A stretch of 64,000 nucleotides of DNA from contig RSEE01000094.1 in the NCBI GenBank assembly GCA_003971905.1, forward strand, positions 124,001 through 188,000, given 5' to 3'. The translations under genes and the position numbers were made by a program. This document shows, in pieces, positions 1 through 12,698 of this stretch. Source of the DNA: Moniliella sp. 'wahieum' (Eukaryota). The notes beneath the pieces were generated by a model. The model was not told the origin of the DNA and made no database searches. It saw nothing but the letters and a program-made list of their open reading frames with translations. How positions within the stretch are numbered: the first letter of the stretch is position 1; each line of letters starts with the position of its first letter.

Positions 1-1269
1 CTCAGCTCCCGGTATGCATATGCAGCATGCATGATGCATGCGTCATGCATCAGCTACCCCCTACAGGGAGCGCCACGGGACAGCGCCTGGTCGGACAGCG
101 CACGTTGCACACAGCACGCAGCGCCAGTGTCCGGCGGGGGCACAGTACGCCCACGCTGCTGTCACGCGTCACGTGCCATGTCCAGGCAGGCGCTGGGCAG
201 GCGCCTGCAGCAGCTTCCTCCTCACACTGCCGCGCAGCTGATTTTTGCGCGCCGTAATAATCGTGCAGGCGCAAGCCTGTGCAAGCCTGCAAAATTTACC
301 TTGGCAGCGCTAAGGCTTAGCGTACGGTAACCACATCCATCAGCCCATCAGATCTCCGATCTCTCTCAGATGCCATCTCCGCCCCAACCCCATGCAATAT
401 GCACGCGGCAAGAAGATTGGCCGACCCCAATGGGCACACACTGCCCCCCGCTGCTGCCGCACTCACCGCCTCCGCGTACTCAGCCCGAGTCCCCAGGCAC
501 CCAAGTCCTCCCAAGCCCCACCCGCACGTCATGCGCATGCCATGATAGTCATTAGTCACACGTCACACTGACTTGGTCGTTACGTGATTCCCATCCCAAT
601 GAGCGCCTCTCTCCGCTCCCCAGCATCGTAATTCCAGCAAAGCTAAAAGCCAGCGAGTAATTACGTAAGACTGGTCCCATCCCTTCAACCCTACCTCCGC
701 TGGCCCTGCCCCTTCCCAAAGCACTCTATTTCTTTGCCTTTGCCAAAAGCGCAACCAGTTTGGCGATTCACCGCGGCGGGCTACGAGCCAACCGGCCGGG
801 CCCCATCGGCGTTCTCACACCTACCCCAACTCAGACCGCCAATGAAGCTGGGCAGCAGACACTCTGGTGCCGCCCCCCACTTGTCTCCGGGGACGATTGT
901 AGTGCGAATCATGTGGTGTGGACAGAGGTGAGATCGATGAGCGCGCTCATCTTTTGAGGGTTTTTAACTCTGAACCATCTCTAACGAGATTTTATCGATA
1001 TTCAATCCTCAACTAGTTCTTTCCAGTGGCCAAACATGTTGGTGGTCTTGATGGCATAGTGGTGTCATTTGGGCATCCGGACCAGCGGATACAGGATGGA
1101 CTTTGGTTGTGTGCTATAGATGACTGTCATTTTGCCCGCTAAAAGGCGATGGATACTACTATCAACCACCCCGGCCTGGTACAATAATTTGATTGCCAAA
1201 ACAACAGATTCCCAAACGGTTCCTCACCCAGAGACCAGATGTCCACCAAGACAGCACACGCTTTGCAGG

Positions 1270-2530
1270 TTACCGATACGAGGATGCCATGGCAACACCC
1301 TTGCGCGCCAGGTCAACGAAGCTTGCATTGGTCGATTGGCGGACTCCCAGCTCAATCTCGCGAAAGATCATGCCGCACACGACAGCGAGCATGGTGTCGC
1401 AATGCGGGGCCACTGTGTTCCATCAGAAGATATTTGTGCGATTAGTGCGATCCAACTGGGCGGAAACCAACACGTACCCGTCATATCATAATCATGGCCA
1501 AATAGCTTGGTGAAGTCCGCAAATACTTTTCCATCACTCGACGTGATGCTCCACCCTCTCCAAATCGTCAGCTTAGCCAACAAGTTCACCACCGGACCTT
1601 GTACTTCCGGTCTCTCCTTGTCATCACTGATGCTACTGCTGGATGCGGTACGAGTGGTTGCCCGAGCGAAGACGGAGGACACGGATACCAAATCATCAGA
1701 GACAGCGCGTAGGATCCCGGTTGTTTCGCTCGACTTAGCCGCTTCCTCCTCCTGCCTCGCATCAGACGAGGCAAACGAATTGCGCGCCTTGATAGCAAGA
1801 CGAAGAGGAAAGCCCAACACGCCCTCAATTGTCACCACAGCCTCGCCCGTATCGGGATCAAAGGCGGCCCAAAACCCACGACGGCTGATGGAATAGCGTT
1901 TGCACTCCAGTAAGAGTTTCCCCTCCCTGTCGTACAACATTCGAGTTCGTGACCAGGCCCGTCCACGAGCCCAACGAAACTCAATCTGCTTCGATTTGGA
2001 ATCCTGCCAGACAAAAGGGATCAGCTCCCTCTCGCGAACTCAAATCTCGTCCCGAACCAGAAAGGAAATAGAACGTACAAACGCAACCACTTGAAGATTC
2101 AGACCTGGGTCTGGGCCAATCCGGAGCACGACAGGTAAGTCGTGATTGGCATAGTAAGGGTGTACCCCCATCCCTCTCCCAGCTACAGCCGGAAGAGACA
2201 TGTCTTCCGTCGGGGAAGTACTGGGAATTGGAGCCTTCTGGTCAGGGCTTGGGTCGGAGGCAAGAGCCAAGGCGCTGTCAGGAAGCGCACCGAAACCATC
2301 TTCGTCCTCGGTCGTGTCTCGGTCGGTCGGTTGGCAGGGTTGTCGTAGGGAGGTAGGTCAGCTGCAGAGCCGTAGACCGGCAGCACAGGACTTCCTGTAA
2401 GGCCCTCCTGTATCTCGCGCGCCTTGGCCTTGTTGTCTTGTGCTTCGGGCAAAATCATTGTCGGTGGAGGGATGGCAGAAGGAGGATAAGAACCGAACCG
2501 CATCGCCTCGGCGCGCATCGCAGCCAACAT
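1270..2530 (-). CDS. LURP-one-related (Tubby C-terminal-like/scramblase fold) protein; frameshifted, intron 1413-1477
   Basis: The ORF LYDREGKLLLECKRYSISRRGFWAAFDPDTGEAVVTIEG resembles the LOR family. Removing the intron GTACGT..CTAAT..CAG (1477-1413) gives YDMTVAPHCDTMLAVVCGMIF, which resembles the LOR C-terminal 'Y.vtV.PgvD' motif. Stop TAA is at 1270-1272. The start is uncertain. Confidence 0.6.
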
Positions 2531-3107
2531 GTACGTGGAGTAAATTAAAACTGCTGGAGATTGGTACTTGAAATGTTCAATGAATTGTCGTTCTCGGTCC
2601 GAGATCGGACCTCTCCTCAGGACTATCATAGTGACTAGTGACTCCTCTCCACAGATGTGGACCATCGCAGCTCACGAGCTGATAGCGCCATATATACAAC
2701 TAGTGGATGGAAGAAATACTTCCTGTGTGTGCAAACCCGTGAAAGGGACCCAGGCAATGAGAGGGAGATTAGGCATCAAACGCGTCCAATAAGGGAAACA
2801 AAAGACAAAAAAAGTAGTGCGGACGAAGAGAAAAACGTGGATGATATGTATACAGAGAAGGACAGATGACGGGGTGTGTGTGGACAATGGATGATGGTGA
2901 GATCGTAATAGAGGGGAGGTGGCGTGTTAGCGCAGACCGAGATGTAGATGAAGAGCCATGAGAACGAAAATGGGGGGAACAGCTGTTCATATAAGGGACG
3001 AGAAATGTATATGACAACACACAGTAAGCCGCGCGAATGATGTGCCCGAACGTTCGATAAACGAAAGGGGATGATACTGGGATGAGATCAGTACAACAGT
3101 CACAAGA

Positions 3108-4404
3108 TCAGATCCAACCGAGGTCTTGCCGGACTTGAGCTAGTTCGAGAATGTGCCGCCCTTCCTTGTACCGCTGTTGCTGGTCTTTAGCATAGATGTA
3201 AGTCCAGCCCAGCCGGTCCCCGCACAAGAAACATTGTGTGTCCGCGACCACATGCGCTCCCGTGGCAAGCGTGCGCTTGTTCTGGCCCCGGGTAGCATTG
3301 ATAATCGAGTTCATCAGGTAGGCCGATGATCCGACTCCTTGGAATCGCGTGGAAATCAACTCATCCGTCAAGCTCACCGGGATCCCGCATGAGCCGCATC
3401 GCCATACCGACTCCCCGACGGGGTACACATCTACTATGCTCCGTAACGATGGCCAATCGGGCGTCAAGCAATGTACCAGCACAATGTATTTGGATGTTGC
3501 GGCTGTCCTTTTGTCGTAGTATCGTACGCCTGTTGACGATCTTTGCGAATAAAGAAACGGAGGCCCGAGGCATCCCAAGTTTGGCTGAACACCGGTTGAA
3601 ACGAAGAGCCTGGCAGAGACCAATCTCGGCCAGGTGTCTGCATCTGTCCCCGCAGGGCTGATTCTACTGCAGCACATGCCCAGTTGAGGGCAACCAATAC
3701 GGATCTTGGTACGTTGTGCATGAGGCCAGTCTGGTTAAGATGGCTGTGCGCACCCGCTTTTGCTGCCCCCTTGTCCTCTCGAAGAGGTTACGTTCTCAGT
3801 GTTGGTCCTGGGCGAGAGTTTGGTATCGCGTTTTTGGATAGACAAAGCGTCGGGCGACGCTGAGCCTGCAGGATCGGGTGCGAAAGGACAGGACGGAGGG
3901 AGCTGGTGGAAGGGAGCGGGGGTTTGAGGGCCGAGACAAAGATGAATAGGGCGGGGATCGAGGGAGGGTTGTGATGAAGTTGCGCACATATCGCTCCTCC
4001 CTTCATGTGCGCTCCTTCCTCCAGCATCGATATCAGATGTGAAGTTGTTCTCAACAAATGTACCAGTGGGCGGGCTGGGTGCGGACCCAGCCAACTTTCC
4101 CGGTCGTGTCTGGGTGGAGTAGGTGGAGAAATGGAAGAGGATATGGTCGGGTGCGGCGCGGAGGACATCCTGGCCAGCCGGGATAAGGCCGGGTGTAGTT
4201 AGGGTGATGACGCAACATGGGACGCTTGTCAACAGACTGGCTTGGTAGGTTCGATCGAGGGGATGGTTCAGCTACATCGTTGGGCTGGGACTCCGACTTG
4301 GTAGTGGGTATATGGCGAAGGGGGGAGGAAGATGTGGCGGTGAGGGTAAGGGGGCGGGCAACATATGCGAATGTGGTGGGAAGGGGTGGGGATTGGGCAA
4401 ACAA
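3108..4404 (-). CDS. Yippee/Moh1 (YPEL) zinc-binding protein; conserved domain at ~3108-3440, N-terminal extent uncertain
   Basis: WRCGSCGIPVSLTDELISTRFQG..AYLMNSIIN..RTLATGAHVVADTQCFLCGDRLGWTYIYAKDQQQRYKEGRHILE matches the Yippee signature (two CxxC, GWxY, KEG). The upstream P/S-rich ORF fragments are only tentatively attached. Confidence 0.85.
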
Positions 4405-5081
4405 TTCAATGCGAATTAAAGGGGAACTGGGTGGTCAGGATGGAGTGGCCGAAGACACTGCGAACTGAGACGGCGCGTGCGCAGCTTTGAGGGAGTGGTC
4501 TCGGGGGTGTACTCAATAATGTGTAGAACATGAAGAAGAAAAGAAGGGATAAAGCGGGAGTGCAAATATATGTGGGTGGGCTGCCAGTGTCAGGCAGGGG
4601 GAGATTGAGAGAAGATTGCTCTAAGACCGGAGGAACCCAAGGAGTGATGATGAACCTCTGGTGATATCAAGAGCAATGCAATCGCGATGGTGGTGGTTAC
4701 GGTCTAAGTCTTTTGCCACACCTAGAGGAGACAGGGGTTCAAACAGGCCTGAGTATACACGTGGAGGCTTCGGAGGTCAAATAAGGGGGAAAGGGTGATA
4801 AATAAGGCGCAACAGTGGCCTATGTACGGGACCGCGGGTCCCAATAATTGCTACTTCTTAGGGAACTCTCAGTCGGTATTACGTTTCCGCGCACAGGGAA
4901 GGAGGCCATCTCTTTGCCATACCTCAATCCCTCCTTTCTCTCAACGTTGTTACCATTGGATTGGTTCTACAAGAATGCTCACGCGCTCAGCACGCAGCCT
5001 TTATCATGCACACGCAACGCTGATTCGTGTGACCCATCACAAGAAAACGCATAGAGGAAGAAACAAAAAACACCGAGATTT

Positions 5082-7317
5082 TCATAGTTTGGATCCGTCT
5101 CCCCGGATGACTTCACCACTGCGCATTTCCCCATCCCGAAGCATGGGAAGGATATGAGCCGTCCAGGAGGGGCCACATGGAGCCCTGTGTCGGGAAGGGA
5201 GTAGATGTACTCGCCCAAGTGCTCCAAGCTGAGAGGAAGGGGGCAAAGGATGGTTGATCGGGTTGGCCTCGGCTTCAGCCATCAAACTTTCGTACACCCG
5301 ACCGTCTTGGCGTCCAAGCGATGAGCCCAACTCCCAGTCCGTCCACCCAAACGCATCTGTCAAACCAATCACCTGGGGGGTCAGGTCCGTGACCAGCTGG
5401 CGCACCGCCACCTCCAGACTAGCAACACTTTCAGGGGACAAGGTGCCGCCGCCCCTAGAGCAAGGGAACGACCAGCCCGGCTGGGAAGGATCAACGGCGT
5501 CAAGTCACGCTGGAGACAGACGAGCGCATGGAGCATGACCATCCAGTCCATCCACACGGCTTGCTTGGTCCCAACCGTTGAGACTGTGAAGCAACGGCCT
5601 CAGAAACCAAGTGTTCACGACCAATTCCGCATGCGAGCGAGCTAGTTCGACGGCATCCCAGGACAAATCGACTGGGTGCGCCCCAGAGCCAGCTCGGCGG
5701 AAAAGTCGGCCACCCTGCGGGCCGCACGGAGCTCGAGGCGGCGGTATACACATGGGGCTGGTACCAGTCTTGCGCTGTTGATGGGGAGGAGCTCCATGGA
5801 ACCGCATGCGGGTCCTGGATCGCACGTAAAAAGTTCATTAGGCTGGAGACCTTTTCCTGCGGGTGCTTGGTCAGTTGCGAGAGCACCTTGATTGCCCGCG
5901 AGCCATTGCTGGGCCAAAACAAAGTTGTCCCCTTCGTACGTCACGCTCGGGAGATTGATTGATAGGGAAAATGGGGAAAACCCCGAGTAGACGGAAAAGC
6001 CATGGCCACCGAGCGCTTGGCGTGCCTCTTCGATCCCATCGATCACCTGTTGGTGCAGTAGGCCTTGAGACTACTGGAGGCAACATGCACGTCCGCCAGG
6101 AGACCTGTATTCCCTTGGTCCAGTTGCAGAGCCATATCATCATACAAGTCATGCATACGCTTGCCAGCGAAAATGTACGCATAACTCTTCGCCAACAGAG
6201 GCACCACGCGGCGTTGAACAGAGGGATAGGTGAGCACACTTTGTTCGGGTGCAGAGGCGTCGGCGCTCGCGTTGCGGAATTGCCGTCGGACAGAAAGGTA
6301 CCGTAAAGCAATGGTGGTGGCCTTGGCCAAGGCCCACCCATGTCCTTCGATCATTTGGCTACGGATGAAGATCATACTCCCGTAGCTCAACTTATCTGAC
6401 GGCGGGCGAACGTACTTGCCATCAGGCGTGATATGAGCATGTTTCGCCAACATGTTGGACCGGGGCACCTTCACGTGGGTGAACCGAACCCATCCTGAAG
6501 AAAGAGAGTTAGCAACTGTTGGGTCTAGGACGGGGGGAACATGTGTGCCAACTGCCGTGTTCGACAGAAGCAAATAGCGCGTCCTACAAAAACGTACCGT
6601 TATCAGTTCCAGCAAACCCTCCGTATACCTTGGGCCAATATCGCCCGCCCGAATACCAGGAAGTAGATCCCCGTCTTCACATTGCGGAGGGGCACAAAGA
6701 AAAGGTGCGGTCCATAGTGGGTCCCGTTGCTCCACAGCTGGGCTTGAATAGCCATGGGTAGCGGTCAGGCCGGCCCCTCTGCCCACCACTTGGTGCTGGT
6801 GAGGGGTGGACAATGAATGTCAAATGAGTCGTGGCCGCATCGAACGTAGCTGTCGTCTCGAGAGCTTGGACGTTTGGTCCCGTGCCCCAGCTCAGTTTGA
6901 AGATAGCACCCCAAGATTTGGTGTGCGATGGCCTTGGCGGCCCATCGGTCGATTTGCTCGGGGCTGCCCTGACTCATGATTACCGGAACAAGGCGACCCA
7001 GTGGAGCGAGAGAGGGGAGACGAGGTCCAGGGCGTTCATCGCCTCAACGAGTTGGTACACGTCCCACTCGTGCGTGTCGCACAGGGATACCAGACGGTGG
7101 CAGCCGAGGTGGGTGAGGGCCATGACTTGGTCGCGGGAGAGATGGGGCATGCGCTTTTTCCAGCTGCCAAAGACTGGGTCGGCCTCCAAGACGGAGAGAA
7201 CGTGCTTGCGGCCCTCGAGACTGACCCGCCCATCGCGGATCACGGCCTCAATCTTTTCCGGGTCGAATGCAGTCGCCGCGCGCATGTCCGCCATGTCCTG
7301 CCCAGTGCGGGCGGCAT
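5082..7317 (-). CDS. Peroxisomal acyl-CoA oxidase (multiple frameshifts), C-terminal PTS1 SKL
   Basis: Motifs spread over several frames: GCYLQTELGHGT, STKWW, GDIGP, VRFTHVKVPRSNML, KLSYGSMIFIR, TIALRYLSVRRQF, ARQALGGHG, PSVTYEGDNFVL, IGLTDAFGWTDWELGSSLGRQDGRVYE. The protein ends GDGSKL-stop (TCC AAA CTA TGA). Confidence 0.95.
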
Positions 7318-7900
7318 GAGGCCCGAGAGGCACTTGAAGTGAAATGCAGGGGTGCTGGATGGCGCCAGGGGCGCGTTGTTGGCGCTGAGGGACGCATGGC
7401 GCGAGGACAGAGTGTAGTGTTGCGAGATGTTTAGCGGGGTAGAGTGAGAGGATGTGGTGGAGGGGGAGGGGAGACTGGGTTGGGTTGGGTATCCCAGCTC
7501 CAATCTCCGACCTCCAGACGAAGCCGACGTCCGGCTTATTTGGGATCACCGATCATTGATCTCTGACTTTCAGGCATGTTGGGTGGACCCCCCTGCCCAC
7601 CATCAGAAACGCTGGGGGTGCACGGTCGGTCATCCGTTACTAGGTTACTCGAAGGGACTAACTACCCACCCGGCGAGAAGCCGCCCGGTGTGGGGCAAAT
7701 GTCAATGTCAAAGCGCACACAGGGGGGATCCTATCACGCGATCACGCATCGTGCATCGGTCCGTCATCGACCAGAGCATCCATCATGCATCATTCATCAT
7801 GCATCATCCACCCCGCACTCTCTCCCCACCGGAACACCAGTCCCCCTAAACGCCGCAATCAGCTGCCCAGTTTCCCTTCTGCCCCCACCACCATCCCACC
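7318..7900. promoter_or_regulatory. Bidirectional promoter between acyl-CoA oxidase and SCP2-thiolase
   Basis: 583 bp separate the divergent ATGs (7317 minus, 7901 plus). The region contains an AAGCCG-N5-CGGCTT inverted repeat (7521-7537) and an ATGCAT-c-ATTCAT-c-ATGCAT array (7785-7804). Confidence 0.6.
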
Positions 7901-9534
7901 ATGCCGACCTCAGGAAAAGTGTACAGTGCGTTATCTGCTTTCGCTTCCTCCTTTTCCACTCGCCGCTCTGGCACATGGCTCTCTGCTGATATCCGCGTCT
8001 TGTGATGCACCTTTCTCCCCCAGTCGTCGGCGTAGGCATGACCAAGTTCGACAAACCGAGGGGGCTGCGGGACTACCCCGAGCTGGGCCTCGAGGCGGCA
8101 GTCAAGGCACTGAAGGATGCCGAGCTGACCTATGACGATATCCAGTCCGCCGCGGTTGGCTATTGCTGTGTGTATGCCCTCCGTTGTCTGATGCTCTCCT
8201 GCAGCATCCCAGCCAACCTGTGCAACGTGCTGACCCCCAACGGATGCGGTAGATGGCGACTCGACCTGTGGCCAACGGGTGTTGTATCAGTTGGGATGCA
8301 CTGGCATCCCCGTGGTCAATGTCAACAACAACTGTTCCACTGGATCAACCGCCTTTGCCATGGCCGTCAACAGTGTACTGGCCGGTCAAGCCGAATGCGC
8401 CTTGGCCCTGGCTTTGAAAAGATGGCATCGGGCTCACTGGGTTCCGCATGGCATGATCGTTGCTCTCCGCTCGAAGGCACCTTGACCCAGTTGGGGGAGA
8501 TTGAGGAGGAAAAAGAGTACGACGGAAGACCATGGCCCCTTTGCCGCACGCATTTTTGGCGCGGCCGGGCTCGAGTACTGTGAGCAGCATGGAGCAACGT
8601 GGGAGCATATTGCTCAGATTGCAGCCAAAAATCATTGCACAGCACTAAGAATCCATATGCCCAGTTCCGCCAGAAATGTCGGCGAAAGACGTTCTGGGAT
8701 CGCGCAAGGTGACGCGCGAGCTGACATTGCCCATGTGCAGTCCTACGTCGGACGGAGGCGCGGCGGGCGGTGGGTTTCTGAGAAGTTTGTCAAGGAGCAC
8801 CATCTGGAAGATCGGGCGATCGAAGTGGCTGGATTGGGCATTGCGACCGACTCGGTGCATCTTTACGCCGATCGCAGCCGGATCGAGTTGGCTGGTGCTG
8901 ACATGACCCGTCGGGCTGCTCAGCTCGCTTATGACCAGGCTGGCATCACGCCCGAACAGGTTCAAGTCATTGAGCTGCACGACTGCTTTGCGCCGAACGA
9001 ATTGATCACTTATGAGCCACTCGGTTGTGTGGCCCGGGCCAGGCACACAAGTTGGTAGCGCGGTGACAACACCTTTGGAGGGTACGCCTTCTCCCCCTGT
9101 TTGCCTTCAATGTTGAGTCAACAACAGCCCTCTTACCTAGTCTCTGACCATCCCTCTTGTATTGTAGCAAATGGACCATCAACCCTCGGGCGGATTGGAA
9201 AGCAAAGGACACCCTCTAGGTGCAACGGGCCTAGGGATGATTTTTACCTTACCCTTCAACTGCGTGGCGAGGCGGGGCAGCTCCAAGTCCCGAATGTCGA
9301 GCACGCACTGTCGCACAACCTTGGTCTAGGAGGCTGCTGCATTGTTCCATCTTGCGTCGGCCGAGCTTCTACCGCGCCACTCCATCCTCCTCCATGAGCC
9401 AGCGGTTCGGGTATGCGATCGCGGACGAGTGCCGCACCATTACCCAGGCCGATTTTGACCAGGTCAAGTCCCACCGTCACTTTACGGACTATGTACCGCC
9501 TTCGCTCCCTGAGCCTGTGGCCTCCAAACTCTAG
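7901..9534 (+). CDS. SCP2-type (SCPx-like, 'non-specific lipid-transfer protein') 3-ketoacyl-CoA thiolase without SCP2 domain, PTS1 SKL; introns 7926-8023, 8168-8252, 9082-9167
   Basis: Spliced motifs: MPTSGKVY/IVGVGMTKF, GYC/YGDSTCGQR, NVNNNCSTG (catalytic Cys), CSPTSDG, IELHDCF, G/GKWTINP, KGHPLGATG, SHNLGLGG. The protein ends PVASKL-stop. Confidence 0.93.
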
Positions 9535-9744
9535 CCAGAGATAGCTGCGCCGATCCCTCCTATCACGAGATGAATCCAGACGCCTCCGTGCACCCTTTGA
9601 CCATATATGCTGGATAGAGCCGCCATAAGAGCGGTTGGCATAAGTAGCAGTAAACAGTGACCTTGTGACCATCCCCAAGTTTAAAGATGCAGTGAGCAAG
9701 CCGCAGAAGAGGGAGCATGGGTATGGTGAAAGCAGCAAAGGGTA

Positions 9745-10500
9745 CTAGCAGTGGATAATTAGAGGTAGACTCCCAAGGGGAATGTCAGGATGATGATTAG
9801 CCCGAATAGAGTTGGACTGCGTCACTCGTGTACCGTTCGACCACCGCACAAAAGGACGGTCGGCATCTTGAGCAACGAGAACAGCGTAGTGTTCCAAGAC
9901 AAAAGCACTAGTGATTGGCGGAGGCGCCAGATCTTCGCACTCGGGGCGCATCTGGTCTCTGATCCCAGCATCTCCAGTTGGAGGAACCGGTGGCGAAAGC
10001 ACATGGTCGACACAGTGGGAACGCGTGTACTTCAGAGGCAGGACTACTCGGCCAAAGGGGACCGTGGTTGACTCGAGCTCCTTGCGCATGGCGCTCGTCA
10101 AGGCCGTAGGGCGATACCAGTTATGGGCCTCAGACAATACACACTGCCCGCATGCCAGTCGGACGTGACGATAGTGTAGAGCTCATCTTTGGACGCCTTG
10201 AGGAGAATCCGTGCTTGGGCTTCCAAGTCGGAGGGAGGGGGGTGCAGAGACGATGGGCGGCGACGCGTTGGGCTGCAGCCCGTGCAGGCCATCCACGAGG
10301 GAAAGCAGCTGCAGACGTCGTCTTGATCCGTGCCATAGCGGATGTGCATGTTTCCTCCAGGACGGCGGTGGCAGAGTTGCGGGTGCGAAGCTCAGCACTG
10401 AAAGCGGCGATGGCCGCCTTTGTTACCGCGGGTGCTGGCTCGCAGAGGGCGGGGGGCATGGGCAGTTGGGAGCAAGGTAGTGTGTCGGGCAGGCTCATCC
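9745..10500 (-). CDS. Hypothetical protein (frameshifted, unidentified)
   Basis: Overlapping same-strand ORFs (10130-10807, 10098-10349, 9745-10137) give globular-looking sequence. No family recognised. Confidence 0.35.
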
Positions 10501-10887
10501 GTTGCCGTGTCCAGGGAAGAAACCCACGCAAGAAGGAACGGGGGCGGGGGCGCACGAAAAGAGAGGCGTGGAGGGGTGGGGCAGCCCCTTGATGACTGCG
10601 GAGCGGGAAGGAGGGCCGCGGTTGAATTTTGGGCGACCGGCCGCAAGAAGGTGTTAGATCGTAGATCTGGGAATTTGCAGGCCGCTGCTCAATCAAATTA
10701 ATCAGGGGGGCTTGGAGTTTGAAGCTTGAACGTTGAAACCGGGGCCTGCTTGAAATGTTCATCGCCATATCAGCCACCCACCACGTCGGCGCTGAGGGCG
10801 GGCGCAATGCTCACGGGCCGCCTCGTCCGCAGCGCTCCCGCCGCAACCTCTTCCCGCCGCCACCTTCCCCCTCGTTGCGCAGTGGCA

Positions 10888-12698
10888 TGGATCCAGCGGT
10901 GGTGCGTCCCTGGCTGCGCTCGGTCGTCGTCCCTTATGCGCTTGGGACCGTGTCTTTGCCCAGGTCGATGCCGTTCTGCAGCAGCAGCGCGGCCTGCGTG
11001 TCGCGACCGATGTCTACACCTCCGACGATGGCCGCTCCGCCCTCCTCATCCGCCTCGCAGGCACGCTGCCCGTCACCTTCCGTGGCTCGCAGTACAACAT
11101 CCCCATCGTCATCTGGGTTCCCCATGCGTACCCGCGCGAGCCGCCCCTGATCTATGTCGAACCTACGCGCGGCATGGCCGTGCGCCCAGGACACCCCTTT
11201 GTCCAGCTCGACGGCCGCGTTGGGTCCGGCACGGCATGGAAGGCCCAGGCTCCTACTTGCCCGGTGGGAACGCAAGTGGGAAGCATCCAATTTGGTTGAC
11301 TTGCTGGCCGACTTGCAAGAATGTTTTGGTGCTGACCCTCCGGTGTATGCCGAGCCGGCTGCCGCGCCAGTTGCTGCGTCCGCTACAACGTCCCTTCCCC
11401 TGCACCTACGCCCACACTCGCCCACACACAGCCCCGCCGATCCTTCCGGCTCAGTCGCAGATCCAAGCTCCGGCTCCGCCTTTGGCCCCGACTCCAGCTC
11501 CGGCTCCGACTCCGGCCCCGACACAGGGCCCGCCTCGTCCACCCCCAATCCCCGGGCAGCAGCCTTTGCATGCCCCGATCGTTTCAGCCTCCTCCGCCAA
11601 TCTGGCTGGCAGCGGGAGCGCTCCCGTCCCGCCTCCCAAACCCCCCGGCGCTGCACCCATTGCTGTTGATATGACGGGGGGCAGCAATGGAAACGGGTAT
11701 AGATCAAGTCCCTTGCCCGCCACACCCTCCCCTCTCCGCCCTCCCTCACGACAAGCGACGACATATGCCGGCTACGTCCCCCCTGGCTACCCGCTGCCCC
11801 AACCTTATCCTGGGCAGGCCCTTCTGCTGGATGGACACCGCCGCCGCTCCAGTCCAACAACATTTCTGAATCGATGCGGCCTCAGGATCGTCCTGGATTA
11901 CCGCATGGTGCCTCGCTAGCTCATGCTAGACCTACGTCGCTACCTCCACCCGCGCTCCCGCCCCCGCCTCCGTCCGAGGGCCCAGCCCCAGCTGCACCAT
12001 TTCTCTTCCCCTCCCCTCCCTCCCCTTCCCGCTGGTGTGGTCCTCCCCCCGCGCCATTGGCCCCACGTGATCTGATGGACGAGGAGGACCAGCCTGAGGT
12101 GCCCAAACCAGCGCCTGTGCGGCCACCTAACCCCGAGCTGCTGAGGTTGCATGAACAGCTGCATGCCCGGGTGGCCGATCGGGTGAACACCATTTTGGCT
12201 CGTTGGACGAGGAAGCGCGAGGCCTGATGGCCTTGAGCGACGATCTAGATCGCGGCCAGCTGGCCATCGCGGACGAATCTCGTCGGCTGGAGGCGGTGCG
12301 AGACGTGTGTCGTGCGCATGCGGAGCGCATGACCGCTCACAACGAGTTTGCCGCTCGCACCTTGGAGACAGTGCAAACCAAGATTGTGGAACGGCTGGAA
12401 GGCCCCGATGCGGGTGACGACTGGATCATGGCAACCAGCATTCCGGATCAGCAGTACGTTTTTTTCCTTGCTGATGCCGTTCATGTTGGATACTAACGCT
12501 TTGTAACCCTGGAGGTTGATTGACTTGGTCGCCGAGAGCAACGCGATTGAGGACACGATGTACCAGCTTTCACGTGCGTTCAATGCGGAGACAATCACAT
12601 TGGATCACTTCCTCAAGAACGTCCGCATGCTCGCTCGAGATCAGTTCCTCAAACGCGCGTTGGCAATGCGGATTGCAAAGGAAGTGCGAAGTTCGTGA
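10888..12698 (+). CDS. VPS23: ESCRT-I subunit Vps23/TSG101 (UEV domain, Pro-rich linker, coiled coil, Vps23 core); intron 12454-12514
   Basis: N-terminus MDPAVVRPWLR, then VYTSDDGRSALLIRLAGTLPVTFRGSQYNIPIVIWVPHAYPREPPLIYVEPT (UEV domain). The C-terminal QLIDLVAESNAIEDTMYQLSRAFNAETITLDHFLKNVRMLARDQFLKRAL is the steadiness box. Confidence 0.93.

Noticed and set aside
4640..4755. GTGATGA...CTGA as a C/D box snoRNA
   Set aside because: There is no terminal stem and no recognisable rRNA guide, and such boxes occur by chance.
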